From Filomicrobium sp. (GTDB taxonomy: Bacteria; Pseudomonadota; Alphaproteobacteria; Rhizobiales; Hyphomicrobiaceae), in NCBI GenBank assembly GCA_040219445.1, contig JAVJSM010000003.1, positions 821,020 through 885,019 on the forward strand: a DNA stretch of 64,000 nt, written 5' to 3'. Position numbers and translations under genes: made by a program. Below, in pieces: positions 60,822 to 64,000 of the stretch (the first letter of the stretch is position 1; each line of letters starts with the position of its first letter). Below the pieces are notes generated by a model. It saw only the letters and a program-made list of their open reading frames with translations. It did not search any database and was not told the DNA's origin.

Positions 60822-61333
60822 AGATCCTCGCTCGGTTGCGGTTCTTTTATCGCGTTCGATTCGCAGCTGGCGTTTATCTACTAGGATGGCTAGGTGCTGC
60901 CAAGTCGTCTAAGTGGCACTAATGCGGGTGTGTGTGGATGTCTTCGCCGCACTCTGGAGGAAACCTCACAATCCACTCAGTTGATTGGGAAAACCGCTTT
61001 TGCCCGGTTTGTAGGATAACTAGGTCAAAACCCTGCTCGTTGCTGACTCTCATCATCGTTTGTTGTCGTAAAACCGGCTGTTGGCGACGATTATTCCAGC
61101 AAAGCCGGTGTCACTCGCGGTGTCGCTCGTTCACGGACGTCAGCCAATAGGCCGCAGCTCGCTGCTGAACCTTAGGATCGGTTCTATGCATTCGGCGTCC
61201 ATGCCTAACATTGCGACATGTAAGAAAATTCAGGCTGATCCGAGGTCCGCAAGGTGGTACAGACAGGGGGTGTGAGAACGATTGACCGGGTTTGTTCGAA
61301 CCCGGCTCGATATTGAGAATATGGATGGGATGA

Positions 61334-62131
61334 ATGGCTGCTGCAACCCAAGCTGAAAAAGATGCTTTGCCAAGTGATTTCGTTGTTGATTCTGTTGCTT
61401 TTGATGCGCCGTGGGCTTGGCTTGCAGCGGGCTGGAGGGATCTAACAGAGACGCCTAAACTTAGTCTGGGCTATGGTGCAGTCTTTGCTGCGATCTCGCT
61501 CGCTCTTGTTTACGGACTTTTCCAAGCCGGTTGGCAATCTGTGATTGTAGCTCTGTCGGGCGGTTTCTTAATCCTAGGGCCTCTGTTGGCCATCGGCCTT
61601 TATGAGATTTCCCGGCGCCGGGCGGCAAACGAAGAGCTCTCTTTAGACAAGATCGCATGGGTCAAGGCAGCATCGCCGTTACAGTTGGCGTACATGGGCT
61701 TTGTGCTGCTGTTTATCTTTTCTTCGTGGCTACGCATCGCATTCTTGCTGTTTGCCATCTTCTTCGGTGACGCGACGTTGCCAGCGGCTGAGCAGTTTAT
61801 TCCCGAGCTGTTGTTTACGACGCACGGATTGGGGCTCTTGATTGTCGGCACGATTGTGGGTGGCGTCCTAGCGTTCTTCGCTTTTAGTGTCTCTGCGATA
61901 TCAGTCCCGTTGTTGGTGTACCATCGTGTTGACTTTCTGACTGCGATGACGGTGAGCGTTCGAGCGGTTGCAAAGAACCTGCATGCGATGTTGTTGTGGG
62001 CTGCCTTGATTGCAGGGATCATGGCCTGCGGCATCGCGACGATGTTTATTGGTTTGGTCGTTGCATTCCCGCTTGTCGGGCACGCTACGTGGCATGCTTA
62101 CGCCGAACTCGTTCGGCGAGCGGATGAGTAG
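61334..62131 (+). CDS. DUF2189-domain integral membrane protein.
   Basis: 265 aa with about 6 TM segments. Family recognised by pattern. Typically found beside cbb3-oxidase assembly / copper ATPase genes, which matches the context here. Confidence 0.65.
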   Translation: MAAATQAEKDALPSDFVVDSVAFDAPWAWLAAGWRDLTETPKLSLGYGAVFAAISLALVYGLFQAGWQSVIVALSGGFLILGPLLAIGLYEISRRRAANEELSLDKIAWVKAASPLQLAYMGFVLLFIFSSWLRIAFLLFAIFFGDATLPAAEQFIPELLFTTHGLGLLIVGTIVGGVLAFFAFSVSAISVPLLVYHRVDFLTAMTVSVRAVAKNLHAMLLWAALIAGIMACGIATMFIGLVVAFPLVGHATWHAYAELVRRADE

Positions 62132-62165
62132 GCGATAGGTGCCAACGTAATCGCGGAGTTAGGGA

Positions 62166-62194
62166 AGAGCGGGGCTTGAGAGCTCCGCTTTTTT
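62166..62194 (+). terminator. Rho-independent terminator.
   Basis: GAGCGGGGC...GCTCCGC stem followed by TTTTTTT. Confidence 0.5.
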
Positions 62195-62204
62195 TGTGCC
62201 GTTA

Positions 62205-62384
62205 CTAGTCTTGCTTGTCGATTTGGTCTGCTTTTTTCTGTGACGGCTCATCGTCATCCAGGATGCGGTAGGCGGCTCCCTCGAGATCTTCAAACTGGCC
62301 AGATCTCAATGCCCAAAGGAATGCGCCGAGGCCCAGGAGGCCCAGGAACAGTGCAGCTGGGATAAGCCAGGACAATGAGACCAT
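62205..62384 (-). CDS. ccoS: cbb3-type cytochrome oxidase maturation protein CcoS/FixS (59 aa). Absent from the ORF track because it is under 60 aa.
   Basis: Minus-strand translation MVSLSWLIPAALFLGLLGLGAFLWALRSGQFEDLEGAAYRILDDDEPSQKKADQIDKQD matches the CcoS family pattern (WALKSGQFDDLEG...RIL). Lies immediately downstream of the copper ATPase gene. Coordinates are +/-1. Confidence 0.6.
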   Translation of the reverse strand: MVSLSWLIPAALFLGLLGLGAFLWALRSGQFEDLEGAAYRILDDDEPSQKKADQIDKQD

Positions 62385-62552
62385 GTTCGGACCTCTGTTA
62401 ACTGGAGCTAATCACTTGGTTTCGAGATTTAGTCGAGTTTTGTGCTGACGACCAGTGCTTCTCGCAGGCTACCGGATCTGGCTGCGACCTCATCTGCGGC
62501 GCGGGACGGTGGCGATTTGTGCCGCCAGCCCCGGCTTGACCGTGCTGGCTCC

Positions 62553-64000
62553 TCACAGCGTTAGCTTTGCTGTCGTCAGGCGAAGCGCATTTGCAGTCAC
62601 GATGATGGATGAGGCTGACATCGCAATTGCTGCGATCAAGGGTGTGACGAAGCCAGCCATTGCCAGTGGAATGCAGATGGCGTTGTAGGCGGCGGCGATA
62701 CCGAAGTTTTGCAGCGACATTCTGCGCGTATGGTGCGCGACCGAGATTGTTTCTTTAACGGGTGTCAGGCGATGGCCTTGCATAATGCCATCGGATGCGA
62801 TCTGGCTGACTTCGGCTGCTGAGGACGGCGACAGCGAAGCGTGCGCGGTTGCCAATGCTGGCGCATCGTTCAGACCGTCGCCGACCATTAGCACCCGACT
62901 GCCTTCGCTTTCGAGCTTTTTCAGAAGCGCGATCTTTTCGTTGGGGCGCTGCTCAGCATGCCACTCGTCGATTCCGGCAGCGGCAGCGGTTTGGGTGACG
63001 GCGGATTGGCGGTCACCAGATAGCAGGATCACGCGGAGGCCTGCGTTTTTCGCGTTGGCGATGGTTTCAGCGGCACCTTCTCTTAGTGCATCTGTAAAGT
63101 GGAACGCGACTGGGTTACCACCAGCAGGTCGGTACCACATGGAAGCTTCCGCTAGCTCCGAGGTGGTGTTGTGGACGTCGCACCATGTCGGCGAACCAAG
63201 GCGTGCTTCCCGGTCGTTTTCATCGCGCCATGATAGGCCGCAACCGGGTGTTTCTTCGACGCCTGTGACAGGCGTGATGGACAGGCCACGCGCGTTGGCC
63301 GCTTGCAGGACGGCCTGTGCATAGGGGTGGCGACTGTGGGCTGCGAGGCTGGCTGCGTCGGACAGGATGGTATCGGAGATCTCGTTCCCATTTGTGAGTT
63401 CGGGTTCGCCGCGCGTCAGCGTGCCGGTTTTATCAAACACGATGGTGTCGATCTCCGCCAAGCGTTCGAGGCCATCAGCGGACGTCATGATAACGCCGCG
63501 GCCAAACAGGCGGCTCGTTGCGGCGACCTGTACGGCTGGAACGGCGAGCGCTAGGGCACATGGGCAGGTGATGATGAGAACCGAAATTGCAGTGGTCAGT
63601 GCAGTTTCCCAGCCTGCACCGAGCACCATCCAGCCGATGAAGGTGGCAAGCCCGAGTGCGTGGACGAGAGGCGCATAAATGCCTGCGGCCTTGTCAGCAA
63701 GGCGGACATAGCGTCCCTTGTTTTGTTCGGCGGTTTCCATGAGCCGGGCGATTTCGGCAAGCAGTGTATCGTTGTCGGCTGCCGTTGCTTCGACTTCAAT
63801 CGGGGCGGTGAGCGAGATCGTTCCGGCGTAAACTGCGTCTCCGGTGGTGGCTGCACGAGGTACGGTTTCACCGGTGATGAGTTGTTCGTCGACGTCTGTT
63901 GTTCCAGAGACGATGCGGCCATCGACAGCGATGCGTTCTCCGGTAGCAACGAGCACGCGCATGCCAGGCATGAGCGCGCGGGCGGGTAGACGCTCGCTGC
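62553..64000 (-). CDS. ccoI: Copper-translocating P1B-type ATPase (CcoI/FixI-like). The N-terminal part lies beyond the window end.
   Basis: ITCPCAL, DKTGTLT, GDGLNDAP and HP motifs. The reading frame stays open upstream of the first ATG to position 64000. Confidence 0.85.
   Translation of the reverse strand, partial: SERLPARALMPGMRVLVATGERIAVDGRIVSGTTDVDEQLITGETVPRAATTGDAVYAGTISLTAPIEVEATAADNDTLLAEIARLMETAEQNKGRYVRLADKAAGIYAPLVHALGLATFIGWMVLGAGWETALTTAISVLIITCPCALALAVPAVQVAATSRLFGRGVIMTSADGLERLAEIDTIVFDKTGTLTRGEPELTNGNEISDTILSDAASLAAHSRHPYAQAVLQAANARGLSITPVTGVEETPGCGLSWRDENDREARLGSPTWCDVHNTTSELAEASMWYRPAGGNPVAFHFTDALREGAAETIANAKNAGLRVILLSGDRQSAVTQTAAAAGIDEWHAEQRPNEKIALLKKLESEGSRVLMVGDGLNDAPALATAHASLSPSSAAEVSQIASDGIMQGHRLTPVKETISVAHHTRRMSLQNFGIAAAYNAICIPLAMAGFVTPLIAAIAMSASSIIVTANALRLTTAKLTL

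Overview
This is a 64-kb window of roughly 60% GC that reads like an alphaproteobacterial (Hyphomicrobiales/Rhizobiales-like) chromosome. It is mostly densely packed core genes, and every call was made by eye from the sequence and the ORF track.

Main gene content, in order:
- Fragment of argG, a Tat-signal PhoX phosphatase, and a tightly coupled biotin operon bioB-bioF-bioD-bioA-bioZ.
- yifB, the conserved yraN/rsmI/lpoA-like trio, and a GMC oxidoreductase.
- An odd tRNA followed by a tRNA-Sec-like fragment, then an SPFH protein.
- folD, yggU, yggT, a membrane GGDEF cyclase, two tandem cytochrome c genes, and an FMN reductase.
- The heat-shock genes dnaK-dnaJ and hrcA-grpE, separated by alkB and a flotillin-like gene.
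- rph-rdgB-hemW, dsbB, an HNH endonuclease, an AlkA-like glycosylase, gluQ, tlyA, an rlmD-like methyltransferase, cobB, cysDN(C), and the start of a copper P-type ATPase with ccoS and a DUF2189 protein.

Observations most worth a second look:
- An overlapping gene pair at 52.1-54.5 kb: a 490-aa protein whose C-terminus looks like a diadenylate-cyclase (DAC/DisA_N) fold with altered catalytic motifs (DGT / RYN), translationally overlapped with an adenosine-deaminase-family gene. A pentapeptide-repeat gene and a type I secretion-type serralysin protease flank it.
- A 75-nt cloverleaf tRNA carrying the alanine identity pair G3:U70 but a CAG anticodon, directly followed by a selC-like tRNA fragment.
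- A 1.2-kb non-coding stretch with a strong G+T strand skew and a dispersed GAGTTG motif.
- A long perfect inverted repeat (RIME/REP-like) after the SPFH gene.
- A missed small gene (ccoS), an RdgB with an unexplained C-terminal extension, and an AT-rich insertion.
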